Shown piece by piece: positions 45,967 through 54,654 of a DNA stretch of 64,000 nt (position 1 is the stretch's first letter; the number at the start of each line of letters is the position of its first letter). The DNA is from Nitrospirota bacterium (GTDB lineage: Bacteria; Nitrospirota; Thermodesulfovibrionia; Thermodesulfovibrionales; Dissulfurispiraceae), in NCBI GenBank assembly GCA_963790025.1, contig CAWBMP010000004.1, forward strand, positions 288,001-352,000, in the 5' to 3' direction. Made by a program: the position numbers and the translations under genes. The notes beneath the pieces were generated by a model, which was given only the letters and a program-made list of their open reading frames with translations, did no database searches and was not told the DNA's origin.

Positions 45967-46068
45967 GGTAAAAGGTGAAAGGTAAAAGATAAAGGGTTAA
46001 AGGCAAAACAATAATAAAATAAAAACTTCTGTGTTTCTTCTTTTACCTTTGACCTTTGACCTTTTGCT
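45967..46068. repeat. Inverted heptamer array (GGTAAAA / TTTNACC)
   Basis: ggtaaaa ggtgaaa ggtaaaa gataaag ggttaaa ggcaaaa - spacer - ttttacc tttgacc tttgacc ttttgct. Confidence 0.85.
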
Positions 46069-46110
46069 CTTGCGGTTATGTTTTGCTATAGTTAGTTATA
46101 AAACACATAC

Positions 46111-46866
46111 ATGGAGGAAACAGTGGTTGTTTTTGGAAAATGGACAAGGGACTCCCTGGAGGATATTCTGCGTGAGTCATCCTCATACAGTACACCGGGG
46201 CAACGCATACAGTATCTTTCATCTTTTTTCCTGGGTGTTGCTTATAAAGAGTCGACCCTGATCGGCGACATCGGCACACCGGAAATGCTGGTAATTAATC
46301 TTCAGGAAGTCGACTGCATTACCTTCATCGAGTACATCGAAGCTATGCGCCTGTCGGGCTCGTTTGAGGACTTTGAAAGAAAACTGAAGAAAATAAGATA
46401 CCGTTCCGGGAAGGTCGCCTTTACCGCAAGAAAGCACTTCTTCACGGACTGGAGTGAATTTAACAGGGATTATGTCGACGATGTCACAAGACATATAGGG
46501 GGCCGCAAAACAATACGCATCCGCAAACAATTGAATATCAGGGAGGACGGGACAGCCTTTCTCTATGGCATTAAACCATGCGAGCGTGAAATCGCCTATA
46601 TACCTTCCGACGCACTGGCCGATGAACGTGCTGACGCCCTTGCAGATTCGGTCCTTGATACTCTGCAGACCGGTGACTATATAGGTATTTACTCGGGCAC
46701 GCCCGGTCTTGATGTGTCACATGCGGGCATATTCATCAAAGACGGAGCCAAGGCATATCTGAGGCATGCCTCAGCCGTAAAAGAGCAGAGGAAAGTGATC
46801 GACCAGGATTTTAAAAACTACATGACTGCCAAACCCGGGATTGTTGTACTCAGACCAAAAAGTTAG
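46111..46866 (+). CDS. DUF1460 family N-acetylmuramoyl-L-alanine amidase-like protein (NlpC/P60 superfamily)
   Basis: FLGVAY...TL, DCITFIE, RYR.G, RKHFFTDW, GLDVSHAG, LRHAS. Confidence 0.88.
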   Translation: MEETVVVFGKWTRDSLEDILRESSSYSTPGQRIQYLSSFFLGVAYKESTLIGDIGTPEMLVINLQEVDCITFIEYIEAMRLSGSFEDFERKLKKIRYRSGKVAFTARKHFFTDWSEFNRDYVDDVTRHIGGRKTIRIRKQLNIREDGTAFLYGIKPCEREIAYIPSDALADERADALADSVLDTLQTGDYIGIYSGTPGLDVSHAGIFIKDGAKAYLRHASAVKEQRKVIDQDFKNYMTAKPGIVVLRPKS

Positions 46867-46926
46867 GCAATAGGCAATGGGCCACAGTTAAAAAAAATAA
46901 AACTGTGGCCCATTGCCTATTGCCTA
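46864..46926. repeat. Perfect 26-bp inverted repeat with heptamer units (TAGGCAA); likely bidirectional terminator
   Basis: taggcaataggcaatgggccacagtt - A-rich loop - aactgtggcccattgcctattgccta; both outer ends are TAG stop codons of the convergent genes. Confidence 0.9.
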
Positions 46927-48165
46927 TGGCCTGACTTTGCCTATGGCCGCAATGTCGTCTCTCATCCACCACAGAAGTAAGAGTCCAGGGACCGCAGATA
47001 TTGTAGCCAGCAAAAAGAAATGGGCCCAGCCCACCGTTTCAACAACGTATCCTGATGAGGGCGCTATAAATATTCTACCCAGTGCCGCGAGCGATGACAG
47101 CAAGGCATACTGGGTTGCACTATATCTCTGATTGCATAGTGCCATAAGAAGAGAAACAAATGCCGCCGTTCCCATGCCGCCGCAAAGATTCTCAAAGGCG
47201 ACGGCAACGATCATCACCGGATAGCTCTTGCCTGCCAATGCGAGCACCATAAACGACAGGACAGATACCGCCTGCAGTATGCCGAATGTCATAAGCGATT
47301 TATATAGCCCGAGCCGCACCATAAGCGTACCTCCAAACAACGCGCCGATTATCAGTGAAACCAGGCCCAATCCCTTATTTATCGCACCCACATCGGTAGG
47401 AGAAAACCCGAGTCCTCTTATAAGGAACGCAGTCGTCATAGTCCCTGCATATGCATCACCGATTTTATACAACACAATTACCAGGAGGAGCGCAAAAGCC
47501 GAGGGGCGTGAGAAGAAATCTTGAAGCGGTCCCCACGCCGCCTCGCGAACACTTTTAGGCGGGGTTATTTTCTCATCGGGCTCCGGACCCATGGCAGTTG
47601 CAGCCATGCCCGCAACCATTATCAATGACATAAGAAGATACGTATAGCGCCAGCCTATTCTGTCTGAAAGGATAAGCGCAACTGCGCCGGACACAATCAT
47701 CGCTATCCGGTAGCCCATAACAAAAACTGCGGCCCCTATACCAAGCTCCTTCTCATGCAGCACATCGGTCCGATATGCATCAACAACGATATCTTGTGAT
47801 GCCGATGCAAAAGCGACGACTGCCGCTAAGGCCCCCATTGCAAGAGGGTACTGCCGTGGAGAACTGAAGGCCATTGCAGCGATGCCCCCAATTAGGCATA
47901 ACTGTGCAATAAGTATCCAACCTCTCCTTCTACCCAGCCATGGCGGTATAAACCGGTCCATAACGGGCGACCAGATGAACTTCAATGTGTACGGAAGTCC
48001 TACGAGCGCGAAAATACCGATAGTACGCAGGTCCACTCCGGCAACCGCCATCCACGCCTGCAATGTTCCGCCGGTCAGCGCGAGCGGAAGGCCCGAGGAA
48101 AATCCGAGCAGCATGACAGTTGCAATGCGGCGGCTGTGAAATACCTGAAGATATTTATTAAACAT
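46924..48165 (-). CDS. ampG: Muropeptide MFS permease AmpG
   Basis: LLGFSSGLP, LPYTLKFIWSP..DR, LGRRRGW, SASQDIVVDAYR, SATQYALLSS. Confidence 0.95.
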   Translation of the reverse strand: MFNKYLQVFHSRRIATVMLLGFSSGLPLALTGGTLQAWMAVAGVDLRTIGIFALVGLPYTLKFIWSPVMDRFIPPWLGRRRGWILIAQLCLIGGIAAMAFSSPRQYPLAMGALAAVVAFASASQDIVVDAYRTDVLHEKELGIGAAVFVMGYRIAMIVSGAVALILSDRIGWRYTYLLMSLIMVAGMAATAMGPEPDEKITPPKSVREAAWGPLQDFFSRPSAFALLLVIVLYKIGDAYAGTMTTAFLIRGLGFSPTDVGAINKGLGLVSLIIGALFGGTLMVRLGLYKSLMTFGILQAVSVLSFMVLALAGKSYPVMIVAVAFENLCGGMGTAAFVSLLMALCNQRYSATQYALLSSLAALGRIFIAPSSGYVVETVGWAHFFLLATISAVPGLLLLWWMRDDIAAIGKVRP

Positions 48166-48176
48166 AGGCAAAGACA

Positions 48177-48260
48177 GGTAAAAAGTTAAAAGTAAGGAAA
48201 AAAATTTGTTTACTTTGTTTTCATTACTTTTTACTTCTTACCTTTTACTTTCTACTTCTA
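48177..48260. repeat. Inverted heptamer array (AGTAAAA / TTTACTT)
   Basis: ggtaaaa agttaaa agtaagg - spacer - attactt tttactt cttacct tttactt tctactt. Confidence 0.8.
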
Positions 48261-48512
48261 TTGTGTTTCATTCATCTCTTTGAAAAGCTCCTTTAAAACC
48301 TCCTCTATTTCCTGGTAGGTCATCCATCCCCTGTCAAAAAATATGCTCCCTATGACCCTGTGACGATTTCCGCAAAGATCATCATCGACCTGTTCCGACA
48401 GCGCTAATTTGAGCTGTTCCGGCGTTATAAAACCCATATCCACTGCTGTCTTGCCGAATCTGGGACAGAGTTGTTTCGTAATCCCCCTTTCACTGCTCTC
48501 TTTCATTGACAT
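48258..48512 (-). CDS. Stand-alone MshEN-like (T2SSE_N) putative c-di-GMP-binding protein
   Basis: RFGKTAVDMGFITPEQLKLALSEQ ... RVIGSIFFDRGWMTYQEIEEVL; GGGGAGG RBS before ATG 48512. Confidence 0.75.
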   Translation of the reverse strand: MSMKESSERGITKQLCPRFGKTAVDMGFITPEQLKLALSEQVDDDLCGNRHRVIGSIFFDRGWMTYQEIEEVLKELFKEMNETQ

Positions 48513-48537
48513 TCCTCCCCTGCATACAGATAAAAAA

Positions 48538-48635
48538 TTAACCACGGAGTTCACGGAGAAATGCTCTGGGCACTCCGTAAGAATTTATATGGCTTGTTTA
48601 TATCAAAGGATTCCTCTGTGCACTCTGTGGTTTAA
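48538..48635. repeat. Inverted nonamer array (CACGGAGTT / CTCTGTGCA)
   Basis: ttaaccacggagttcacggag - spacer - ctctgtgcactctgtggtttaa. Confidence 0.75.
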
Positions 48636-48653
48636 TCTTTTATCTTTGGTCTT

Positions 48654-50150
48654 TCACCTCCGAATACCAAGTTTGACCGGAAGCCGCCCCATAAAATCAA
48701 TTTCACTTTTCAGGCACTTTATCACAGCCTCTTGTACCCGATACGTCGGCTCGTAAGCCGCGATTAGTATATCAGCTTCTCCAAAATAGCGCAAAACATA
48801 AGGGCTGCCGAAAGAGACAACTATAGACTTTTTTGAGCGCTTTATCAGTCGGGATATCTTCTCTCTGTCCTTTCCGGTAAGCCCCGAATTCCCTTTCCAG
48901 GCGGCAACGCTCGTAAATAGCGCAAAAAGCAACGTCTCATCTCTCATAGCATCTATATCGCCTGGACTGGAGAACACCCGCAGATGGTCCTTAAGCGGTA
49001 ATGACGATAAAGGCGATGGGTCTCCTGCAATGATAAGCCGGACATCTCTTTTTTCATTTAACGGCAGCATCCCCGGCGTATGCTTAACAAGCGTAATTGA
49101 CCTGCCAGCAATGGAGGATGACAGCAGCCGGTTGCCGTCGTAGTCAGGTCCTCCTCCCACTATACGCTCCAGGCGTTCTTTTGCTTTTACAATGCGGCCT
49201 ACTGCATTGTCTATCGTCTTCTCTTGCACTTCTCCCGATGCAACCGCAGACCGCAACCGGCTTACCGCAGCATCAGCGTCGGCAGGATGGAGCAGAATGT
49301 CCGTCCCCGCATTTATGCACTTGACAGGAGCATCCTGCGCGTTACCCAGAGCATGCATATCAAGCGCATCAGTCAGTATGAGACCCTTAAAGCCGAGTTC
49401 CTCCCGCAGTAGGTCATGCATAATCTTTTTTGAAAAAGTCGCAGGCATATCGTCAATGGAGGGAACTGCCAGATGCCCGATCATTATGCTGCTGACGCCG
49501 GTTTCTATGGCCTTGATAAAAGGAACAAGGTCAACACCCTGTAAGTCTTCTTTTGACTTTTTAATGACCGGCAGCGCAATATGTGAATCAATGGCCGTAT
49601 CCCCATGACCGGGGAAATGCTTGGCACAACTGATCAGTCCTGTGCGCTCCAGCGCCCTGATATATTCCGAGCCGAACCATGACACGGTTTCAGGGTCATC
49701 AGAAAAAGCCCTCGTACATATTATGGGGTTATCAGGCTCCTGATTGACATCCAAAACAGGAATAAGCGGCATATTGATTCCATTATCAATCGCCTCATCA
49801 GCGACACCTTTGAGGGCATCTTCCAGGAGCAGCGCGTCTTCGGAATTCCCACGGTCCAGCGCCGCAGCCATTGCCATCGGGCAGGGAAGCACAGAGGCCC
49901 CTTTTATTTGCTGTCCTGCGCCCCTTTCAATATCAGAGGCAATAAACAATGCAATATCGGCAAGGGATTGAAGTTCACGTATAAAATCCCCTATTTCACC
50001 CCTTGTGCCTCCGAAAACGATAAATCCGCCGATACCTTTTTTTACAAGGGATGTAAGCCTGCTCCGATAGGAGGCGTTATGGATGTCGTCCCCGTTGAGT
50101 CTGCTGATAACAAGTTGATAGAGCCGCTTTTCAAGAGTATCAGGTTTCAC
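48654..50150 (-). CDS. nagZ: GH3 beta-N-acetylhexosaminidase
   Basis: ASDIERG, KHFPGHGDTAIDSH, LILTDALDM. Confidence 0.92.
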   Translation of the reverse strand: MKPDTLEKRLYQLVISRLNGDDIHNASYRSRLTSLVKKGIGGFIVFGGTRGEIGDFIRELQSLADIALFIASDIERGAGQQIKGASVLPCPMAMAAALDRGNSEDALLLEDALKGVADEAIDNGINMPLIPVLDVNQEPDNPIICTRAFSDDPETVSWFGSEYIRALERTGLISCAKHFPGHGDTAIDSHIALPVIKKSKEDLQGVDLVPFIKAIETGVSSIMIGHLAVPSIDDMPATFSKKIMHDLLREELGFKGLILTDALDMHALGNAQDAPVKCINAGTDILLHPADADAAVSRLRSAVASGEVQEKTIDNAVGRIVKAKERLERIVGGGPDYDGNRLLSSSIAGRSITLVKHTPGMLPLNEKRDVRLIIAGDPSPLSSLPLKDHLRVFSSPGDIDAMRDETLLFALFTSVAAWKGNSGLTGKDREKISRLIKRSKKSIVVSFGSPYVLRYFGEADILIAAYEPTYRVQEAVIKCLKSEIDFMGRLPVKLGIRR

Positions 50151-51016
50151 CTTTTTATTTCCAAACTTTTGTCGTAGAGTTCTTTCCTGCTGAGGCCGTA
50201 TTCCTCAGCAACAATTTTTACCGCCTCTTTTCGGCCCCTTCCCTTTTTCATCAGGGTCCTGATTTCGCTTACTGCTTCTTCCATTCTCACTACAAAAAGT
50301 CCCTGACCTTCAGGAGACCCCGCCATTGTCATGCCCTCTTTCCGGTCTCCTTCTACAAGTATTACATATTCACCCGCTGTTGTAAGTTGCTCAAGTGCTT
50401 CCCGCACAGCAGCAAGCCCACCCCGCACCGTACCCTCATGCAGTTTTGTAATTTCCTTTACAACCGCGGCCTCGCGGGGCCCGAAGATTGCCTCCATGTC
50501 CAAAAGCGCGGCGATCAAACGGTGAGGGGCCTCATAAAAAACAAGGGTCCTGGATTCATGTTTAAGCCCGGCAAGTTTTTTTTGCCGCTGGACCGTCTTT
50601 GACGGGAGAAAACCTATAAAAGTGAATTCCTCGGTGGGGAGTCCCGAGATAGAAAGAGCGGCAATGAGAGCGGACGGCCCTGGGATGGGAAAGACTGCAA
50701 GCCCCTCCTCAATGGCCCTCTTGATAACAACGGCGCCGGGATCGGAAATCCCGGGGGTCCCCGCATCCGAAACGACCGCAACCGAGAATCCTGCCCGGAG
50801 TTTTGAGATGATTTCTTCGGCTTTGGTCTTTTCCCGCTCGGACCAGTAGCTTAGCAGCGGTTTCCTTATGCCATAGGAATTGAGGAGCTTCAGCGAATGC
50901 CTCGTATCCTCCGCCGCTATATAATCCACCTCCTTAAGTATCCTCAACGCCCGGAGCGTTATATCCTCGAGGTTGCCTATCGGTGTTGCAACAATATAGA
51001 GCGTTCCATCCGGCAA
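50147..51016 (-). CDS. rsmI: 16S rRNA (cytidine1402-2'-O)-methyltransferase
   Basis: LYIVATPIGNLEDITLRAL, AAEDTR, SDAGTPGISDPG, FYEAPHR. Confidence 0.97.
   Translation of the reverse strand: MPDGTLYIVATPIGNLEDITLRALRILKEVDYIAAEDTRHSLKLLNSYGIRKPLLSYWSEREKTKAEEIISKLRAGFSVAVVSDAGTPGISDPGAVVIKRAIEEGLAVFPIPGPSALIAALSISGLPTEEFTFIGFLPSKTVQRQKKLAGLKHESRTLVFYEAPHRLIAALLDMEAIFGPREAAVVKEITKLHEGTVRGGLAAVREALEQLTTAGEYVILVEGDRKEGMTMAGSPEGQGLFVVRMEEAVSEIRTLMKKGRGRKEAVKIVAEEYGLSRKELYDKSLEIKR
50281..50329 (-). repeat. Short CGGGGTC.CC...GTG element with 7-bp flanking near-direct repeat inside rsmI
   Basis: Minus strand acaatgg-[cggggtctcctgaaggtcagggactttttgtagtg]-agaatgg; 35+7=42 nt, in frame. Confidence 0.6.
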
Positions 51017-51022
51017 CGAATA

Positions 51023-51496
51023 CTACCGTTTTACCAGCGTGTCCTTAAAAACATTAAGCCACATGATATGGCTCTTTTCTTCGTTGATAATCTCGTCTAC
51101 AAGCTCCTTTTCGCGCACCACATCCCTGACCCCGTAAAAGTACAGAAGAGTCTCTTTCTCAAATCCGAGGGCATAATCAACTGCCTCGCTTACATTCTTG
51201 ATGCGGTCCATCGATGGAATTGATTTATCTTTACCCAAGAAAAACTGCGATTCGACGATTGCGCGCAGATAAGGGGATATCTCCTCCCATTTTTCCGGGA
51301 CCTCATCTCCTACCATATCCCTAAGGTCGGCATACGTTTTTTCGTGTCTTAATTCCTTTTGTGCCAGTACGCCGAAAAGCTTCGTCAGCTTCTGGTCCTC
51401 TTTAAAACGGGCCGCCATTTCCGTATAGTATTGATAACCCAATTTTTCGGTTTGTACCGCCTGCTCAAGTACCTCGCGAATGTTATAGTTCTCCAC
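51023..51496 (-). CDS. Ferritin-like / rubrerythrin-family di-iron protein
   Basis: E..G..YY, ELRH, E...L.FY, EEKSH. Confidence 0.9.
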   Translation of the reverse strand: MENYNIREVLEQAVQTEKLGYQYYTEMAARFKEDQKLTKLFGVLAQKELRHEKTYADLRDMVGDEVPEKWEEISPYLRAIVESQFFLGKDKSIPSMDRIKNVSEAVDYALGFEKETLLYFYGVRDVVREKELVDEIINEEKSHIMWLNVFKDTLVKR

Positions 51497-51516
51497 AATT
51501 CCACCTCCAAAAAAAT

Positions 51517-51610
51517 AAGTAAAAAGTCAAAAGTGAGACGAAACAAATGACATTTTCTTTTATTCCTTTTTTTACTTTTTAGTTTTTACTTTTAACTTGT
51601 TTTTTTACTT
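51517..51610. repeat. Inverted heptamer array (AAGTNAA / TTTACTT)
   Basis: aagtaaa aagtcaa aagtgag - spacer - tttactt tttagtt tttactt ttaactt. Confidence 0.75.
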
Positions 51611-51898
51611 GTCTGCTTCCAGCAGCTTTCTCAGACGACTGTCCGCCCTGACTATATCATCTGCATTGTCTCCGGTGATGTCCCACTGGTATTCTCCTTT
51701 TGCGCTGCGGTGCAGTTTGATCTTTACCGGCTTTCGCGGCTTTATCTGTGAGATATCGTGATTTCTGCTGAACTGTAATGCAGGTTTCTTTTCATTTTCC
51801 GCAGCATGGACAATACAAGGACAGGAAAAGATATTAAAGACTGACAAAAAAAACATAATACTGATAATAAACAGAGTATTCCTATTTTTTTTAGACAT
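51605..51898 (-). CDS. Small exported hypothetical protein
   Basis: Hydrophobic N-terminus; start overlaps the nadE stop (translational coupling). Confidence 0.7.
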   Translation of the reverse strand: MSKKNRNTLFIISIMFFLSVFNIFSCPCIVHAAENEKKPALQFSRNHDISQIKPRKPVKIKLHRSAKGEYQWDITGDNADDIVRADSRLRKLLEADK

Positions 51899-53679
51899 TA
51901 CCGGCTCCTATACCTGTTGGTTATGGGGAATCTCCTGTCCCTGCCGAATGCCCGGGGAGTGATCTTTATGCCGGGCGGAGACTGTCGCCTTTTATACTCG
52001 CTGAAATCAACCATGCGTATGACCCTTTTTGTGTCCTCCACCGGACAATTCGGGTTGAGAGTAATGATCTCGTCGAAACTTTTGTCCTCCTCGATATATT
52101 GCTTCAAGACCGGATCAAGTATATCGTAAGGAGGCAGCGTATCTGTATCTCTTTGGTCAGGCTTCAATTCCGCTGAAGGCGCCCTGGTAATGACCCTTTC
52201 GGGGATTACCATTCTGCCCGCTTCCAGATTTTTCCATTTGCACAGCCGGTAGACCAGTGTTTTCGGGACGTCTTTTATGACAGCAAACCCTCCGGCCATG
52301 TCCCCGTAGAGTGTGGCATAGCCCACGCTCATCTCAGACTTGTTTCCGGTGGTGAGCACAAGCCACCCGAATTTATTTGAAAAGGCCATGAGCAGGTTCC
52401 CCCTGATTCTGGCCTGGAGGTTCTCTTCAGTACTGTCAGAAGACATTTTTTGAAAGTATGGTCTCAGGGTCTCCAGGTACGAATCAAATACTGCGGCAAT
52501 CGGGATTTCAATCAACTTTATACCGAGATGTCCTGCAAGTTCCTGAGAATCTTCCTTGCTTTCCCGCGAGGTGTATGGCGAAGGCATAAACACACCTGTA
52601 ACATTATCTCCACCAACAGCATCAACCGCAATGGCAGCGACAAGAGCGGAATCGATCCCACCGCTCAAACCGATACAAACATTGACAAACCCATTCTTGT
52701 GAACATAATCCCTGGTCCCAAGGACCAGCGCCCTGTATACCTCCTCCTCTATCACCTCCGGAGCGCGGAAGCCCTGAAGCGCGGAACTTGCACTATGAAA
52801 GCCTTTTCCTTCCGCGCTTCCCCTCTTCCGGGCCTCTGCTCTTCCGGACTTTCCTGTTATTGTGATTTTCTCGACCACGTCCGGTTGCAAATCAAAGACC
52901 TGTTGCCTTCTTGTCGGCTCATGAAGGCGCCTGATGAAAACCGCGTCCAGGTCCAGATCAACCATGATCACGTCCTCTTCGAACTGTTTACCTTCGGCAA
53001 TTATTTCGCCGTTCTGGTCCACTACGAAACTTTGTCCATCGAACACCAGTTCATCCTGTCCTCCCACGGTATTCAAATATGCGATGATAACACTGTTATC
53101 ATAAGCGCGTGTAGACAGCATTCTCTTTCTGAATCCGCCTTTGCCGATATGGTAAGGGGAAGCGTTGATATTGATAATAAATTCAGCGCCTGCCAGCGCC
53201 TGTACAGTGCTCGGTCCGCCAGCATACCAGATATCCTCGCAAATGGTAACGCCGAACAAATAATCTTCCATTTGGTATACCGCATATCTGCTGCCTGCCT
53301 GGAAGTATCTAAACTCGTCGAAAACGCTGTAATTCGGCAAATGCATCTTATGATAAACATCTACAAGCCGCCCTTTGTGCATGACTGCAGCGGCATTAAA
53401 TATATCATCCCTCCTGTCCACAAACCCGGTTATTACCACTGCATCGCGGGTGCTATCCTGGATTTCCTTGAGCGCGGCAAGTGTATCCTGAATGAACTGA
53501 GGCTTTAAGAGAAGGTCTTCAGGGGGATAGCCGGTCAGCGCAAGCTCAGGGAATACAATGATATCGGGGGAGTACTCTCCGACCGTTTCAACATACCCCA
53601 TGATCTTCTTTACATTGCCGTTCAGGTCACCCACTGTGGGGTTGATCTGGCATAAAGCAATACGGACCGTCTTCATCAA
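51898..53679 (-). CDS. nadE: Glutamine-dependent NAD+ synthetase
   Basis: FPEL..GYPPEDL, ICEDIW, LSGGIDS, ENLQARIRG, TGNKSE, PSAEL, EYKRRQ. Confidence 0.97.
   Translation of the reverse strand: MMKTVRIALCQINPTVGDLNGNVKKIMGYVETVGEYSPDIIVFPELALTGYPPEDLLLKPQFIQDTLAALKEIQDSTRDAVVITGFVDRRDDIFNAAAVMHKGRLVDVYHKMHLPNYSVFDEFRYFQAGSRYAVYQMEDYLFGVTICEDIWYAGGPSTVQALAGAEFIININASPYHIGKGGFRKRMLSTRAYDNSVIIAYLNTVGGQDELVFDGQSFVVDQNGEIIAEGKQFEEDVIMVDLDLDAVFIRRLHEPTRRQQVFDLQPDVVEKITITGKSGRAEARKRGSAEGKGFHSASSALQGFRAPEVIEEEVYRALVLGTRDYVHKNGFVNVCIGLSGGIDSALVAAIAVDAVGGDNVTGVFMPSPYTSRESKEDSQELAGHLGIKLIEIPIAAVFDSYLETLRPYFQKMSSDSTEENLQARIRGNLLMAFSNKFGWLVLTTGNKSEMSVGYATLYGDMAGGFAVIKDVPKTLVYRLCKWKNLEAGRMVIPERVITRAPSAELKPDQRDTDTLPPYDILDPVLKQYIEEDKSFDEIITLNPNCPVEDTKRVIRMVDFSEYKRRQSPPGIKITPRAFGRDRRFPITNRYRSR
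52760..52850. repeat. Inverted octamer array inside nadE (AAGCGCGG / CTTCCGNG)
   Basis: gagcgcgg aagccctg aagcgcgg - spacer - cttccgcg cttcccct cttccggg cctctgct cttccgga. Confidence 0.75.
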
Positions 53680-53792
53680 AAATCCTCACTCTTTCGTAGT
53701 GCGGTACTTCTCGCAATTTCAATTTTAGCACATTTCTCGTTTGTCTTTCGCCTATTGCCTATTGCCCGCCTTAATTATGATACAATTCCTGC

Positions 53793-54590
53793 ATGTGGAA
53801 TGTGCGCATAAGGGCTTCCAGAAAAGTCGGTGCCCGGGACCTCCATATATCCGGGGCGGAAGGACTCTATGAAAATGGTGAATTGGCCGGAACAATATCC
53901 GCTTATGTCAGGAGAGTACTTGAGCATACGAGGGGAGTACCCGATAAAATTAGTCTCACAATCGAATCTATAGAGCGAAAACCTGCGACCGTTCCCTTGT
54001 TGCGGGTAACAACACTTCAGAACGCCTCGCCTGACAGGGCGCATGCGATCATTTCAGAACTTTTGAAAAGCATTGGAATATCGAGGCGTGCAGTAACTGC
54101 TGCTGAAAAAGTTTTGACCTCGCCGCGGGTAATGCGCGGCGCGTCCCTGATAACAGCAAAGGCGGGCCTCCGTATCGAGCCGGACAAAAAGCGCGGAGTC
54201 AGGGTATCGAGGTTGGGAATAGAACCGGGCGAAAGAAAAAAGCTGGCACTGAGGCTTTCGCGAATGCAGATAAATACAGCGACGGTAAGGGAGGCCCTTA
54301 TCCTGGCGTCAAAAGCAACCTCATCCCCGGACATCCTTGCCGAATTGTGCATTTCCGACGATCCGGATTATACAACAGGATACCTGGCAAGCACCAAAAC
54401 AGGCTATGTCCGAATACCGAACATAAAAAAGCGGGGCGCTATGCATGGAGGCAGGGTTTTCTTTATCAGGGAAGGCGCAGAGCGCGACGCTATAATAGAC
54501 TACCTGGAAAAAGAACCGATATTAGTCTACAACACTACGACAGGTAAAGGTAAAGGTTACGGTAAAGAAAAAAAGATAAACAATAGATAA
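53793..54590 (+). CDS. bioW: 6-carboxyhexanoate--CoA ligase (pimeloyl-CoA synthetase)
   Basis: RIRAS...HISGAE, MRGA, RGVRVS, EAL.LASK, ELCISDDPDYTTGY, GGRVFF. Confidence 0.93.
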   Translation: MWNVRIRASRKVGARDLHISGAEGLYENGELAGTISAYVRRVLEHTRGVPDKISLTIESIERKPATVPLLRVTTLQNASPDRAHAIISELLKSIGISRRAVTAAEKVLTSPRVMRGASLITAKAGLRIEPDKKRGVRVSRLGIEPGERKKLALRLSRMQINTATVREALILASKATSSPDILAELCISDDPDYTTGYLASTKTGYVRIPNIKKRGAMHGGRVFFIREGAERDAIIDYLEKEPILVYNTTTGKGKGYGKEKKINNR

Positions 54591-54634
54591 TTCTGTTTTT
54601 GGCTTTCCTGTGCCTATACCTTTACCTATACCTT
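54541..54634. repeat. Inverted hexamer array (AAGGTA / TACCTT), left arm translated as the BioW tail
   Basis: caggta aaggta aaggtt acggta - spacer - tgccta tacctt taccta tacctt. Confidence 0.8.
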
Positions 54635-54654
54635 CTTTTTTTGAGAGGTGTCAT

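Noticed and set aside
46609..46648. DALAD-ERA-DALAD duplication in the DUF1460 protein
   Set aside because: Real but tiny local duplication with diverged codons; no evidence of functional significance.
15771..54634. Short repeat arrays as CRISPR arrays
   Set aside because: Units are 6-9 bp, contiguous and degenerate with no unique spacers; no cas genes in the window.
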